DNA from: Dehalococcoidia bacterium
GTDB taxonomy: Bacteria > Chloroflexota > Dehalococcoidia > SZUA-161 > SpSt-899
Length of the DNA stretch: 64,000 nucleotides
Assembly: GCA_046545575.1 (NCBI GenBank)
Contig: JBKGZM010000003.1
Coordinates: 5,118-69,117 of the forward strand
Reading direction: 5' to 3'
Shown here: in pieces, positions 62,275 through 64,000 of the stretch
Layout: each line of letters opens with the position of its first letter
Position numbering within the stretch: position 1 is the stretch's first letter
Notes under the pieces: generated by a model
The model's database searches: none
What the model was told of the DNA's origin: nothing
The model's input: only the letters and a program-made list of their open reading frames with translations
Made by a program: the position numbers and the translations under genes

Positions 62275-63267
62275 ATGCAGATCGTTGAGGGAGTTTATCA
62301 AATACAGATCCCACTTGACAACACCCCAATGGGGCACGTTAACACATATTTGATAAAAGGAGATGATGGATGGGTGCTCGTCGATACCGGATGGGACACA
62401 CCATCTGCATTTGAATCTCTCCAAAGCCAGCTCAGGGATATAGGGCTGGATTTCCGGGATATCACACGGATACTTATTACACATGCCCACCCCGATCACT
62501 TCGGTATGGCTGGCAAGATCAAGGGCCTGTCAGGGGCTAAAGTTGCCATGCACAGGCTGGAAGCGGAAACCATACAGTCCAGATACTGGGATATGGACTC
62601 CCTCCTCCAACAGATGGGAGACTGGCTTCGCAGCAATGGCATCCCCGATGAGGAATTACCCGCCTTGCGGAATGTCTCACTGGGGATGGCAAAGCTCGTC
62701 GACTGCGTTGAGCCCGATTGGCCCCTCTCCGGTGGGGAAATCATTCCCGTCAAGGATGCTTCTTTACAGGTCCTGTGGTGCCCGGGCCATTCGCCGGGTC
62801 ATATCTGCTTCTACGACCACAATAGAAAATTACTTTTCGCGGGCGACCACATCCTTCCGGAGATAACCCCCAATGTCAGCTTACACGTACAGTCTGGGCC
62901 AGATCCTCTTGGCGACTACTTGAAATCCCTGGAGATGCTGTCTGAACTGGATGTGGAGAAGGTTCTACCAGGACACGAGTACATCTTTACCAACTTCCAA
63001 CAAAGGATAGAGGAATTGAAATCGCACCGGAAAGAAAGAATGGATAACGTTATGGAGGCAGTCGAAGACATACCGCAAGTAGGATATGACATCGCCTCCA
63101 AAGTGCCATGGATGGAGGGAAAAGCTGCATGGAACAAGTTGGGGCCTTTAGATAAACGAGCGGCTGTCTGCGAGACCCTGGCCCATCTGGAAGTGCTCAC
63201 AAACGACCATAGGATAGATAAAATCAAAGACGAGCATGTATCCTATAAAATGAGGGATAGAAAATGA
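62275..63267 (+). CDS. MBL-fold metallo-hydrolase
   Basis: 330 aa. HxHxDH motif (THAHPDHFG), later GHSPGH and a C-terminal winged-helix-like tail. Confidence 0.8.
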   Translation: MQIVEGVYQIQIPLDNTPMGHVNTYLIKGDDGWVLVDTGWDTPSAFESLQSQLRDIGLDFRDITRILITHAHPDHFGMAGKIKGLSGAKVAMHRLEAETIQSRYWDMDSLLQQMGDWLRSNGIPDEELPALRNVSLGMAKLVDCVEPDWPLSGGEIIPVKDASLQVLWCPGHSPGHICFYDHNRKLLFAGDHILPEITPNVSLHVQSGPDPLGDYLKSLEMLSELDVEKVLPGHEYIFTNFQQRIEELKSHRKERMDNVMEAVEDIPQVGYDIASKVPWMEGKAAWNKLGPLDKRAAVCETLAHLEVLTNDHRIDKIKDEHVSYKMRDRK

Positions 63268-64000
63268 GTTTTCAGAGACCTAACATAATCAGACCACCCA
63301 GCGAGTGGAAAAGTTACTATCTGCCGGTAACGAGTGGATGCTCCAATAATACCTGTACCTTTTGCACCTACTATTATGGCTCCAAGCTGCAGATGCGAGA
63401 TGTAGAAGACGTTAAGGCGGAGATCGATGCGTTAGCCCTTTACTTACGTAATGGTGTTCGGACGCCTGGGGTCCATCCCATCGTGTATGAACTCGCACCC
63501 TATATGGAATCAAAGCGCGTGTTCCTGCAGGATGCCGATGCCCTGGTTTATCCGCACGAAAAGATGGTTGAGGTGCTTCAATACCTGAATTACAAATTCC
63601 CCGATCTTGAGAGGGTTGCTGCGTATGCTACTCCACAGGACCTGTTAAGAAGGTCCGTTGATCAACTCAAGGCTCTGCGAGACTTAAAGCTGGATATCCT
63701 CTACGTGGGGTTTGAGAGCGGCGACGATGATGTGCTTCAGCACGTTCAGAAGAATGCCACTCATGACGAGATAGTGGAAGCGGCCAAGAAGCCAAAGGCT
63801 GCTGGCATTACGCTTTCGGCGACGGTGATCCTGGGATTGGCAGGGGTAGAAGGAAGCGAGAAACACGCCAGGGAAACAGCGCGCTTGCTGAATGAAACCG
63901 ACCCCGAATTCGCTGCTGCCCTGACCCTTACCCTTACTCCGGGGACTCCTCTATACGAGGAGATGCAAGAGGGGAAATTCCAGCTTATCACGCCATTTCA
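63264..64000 (+). CDS. radical SAM domain protein, partial (continues beyond the window)
   Basis: Absent from the ORF track because it runs off the edge. ATG 63264 overlaps the MBL stop (ATGA). It reads MSFQRPNIIRPPSEWKSYYLPVTSGCSNNTCTFCTYYYG...VFLQDADAL...YVGFESGDD... The Cys triad spacing is CX4CX2C. Confidence 0.7.
   Translation, partial: MSFQRPNIIRPPSEWKSYYLPVTSGCSNNTCTFCTYYYGSKLQMRDVEDVKAEIDALALYLRNGVRTPGVHPIVYELAPYMESKRVFLQDADALVYPHEKMVEVLQYLNYKFPDLERVAAYATPQDLLRRSVDQLKALRDLKLDILYVGFESGDDDVLQHVQKNATHDEIVEAAKKPKAAGITLSATVILGLAGVEGSEKHARETARLLNETDPEFAAALTLTLTPGTPLYEEMQEGKFQLITPF

Overview
This 64-kb window is a tightly packed stretch of bacterial chromosome. I call about 70 CDS, many joined by 4-nt ATGA/GTGA start-stop overlaps.

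Bacterial origin is clear from several features:
- a type-A RNase P RNA (rnpB, 12321..12674);
- uvrB, plsX and gatCA;
- the classic rpsB-tsf-pyrH-frr-uppS-cdsA-dxr-rseP-ispG block (34.2-41.8 kb, minus strand).

The short EF-Ts, the core-MetE-like gene and the overall gene content suggest a Chloroflexota/Dehalococcoidia-like lineage. That is inference only.

Most of the window is housekeeping:
- CoA synthesis (coaX, coaBC);
- molybdenum cofactor (mobA-moeA-mobB);
- a TRAP transporter;
- gap, argH, rpe and eno;
- Mg transporters mgtE and corA;
- SAM/methionine recycling (mtnP, mtnA, ahcY).

I saw no rRNA, tRNA, CRISPR array, transposase or integrase.

Four things deserve a second look:
1. A CetZ-like (archaeal-type) tubulin-superfamily GTPase sits in a small patch that looks lower in G+C by eye. 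Its neighbours are a truncated DUF262 gene and a uridine-kinase-like P-loop gene (23.8-26.5 kb).
2. A roughly 1200-aa cytosolic fusion joins a GT-A-like glycosyltransferase, about 600 aa of unassigned sequence and a C-terminal GH130 (DUF377) glycoside-phosphorylase domain. It lies behind an unusually long 500-bp spacer (27.8-32.0 kb).
3. A co-directional acetate module reads HK-RR / acetyl-CoA hydrolase-transferase::GNAT fusion / stand-alone degenerate cNMP-binding protein / acs / satP (16.4-23.7 kb). It looks like a split, non-canonical Acs-acetylation control system.
4. Several small translationally coupled modules have unknown function: mtnP + MetE-like; APH-like + degenerate P-loop + PHP; SLOG/TIGR00725 + 4TM protein; MBL + a radical SAM protein with a CX4CX2C cluster motif.

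All functional calls come from reading motifs in the translated ORFs. No searches were run.
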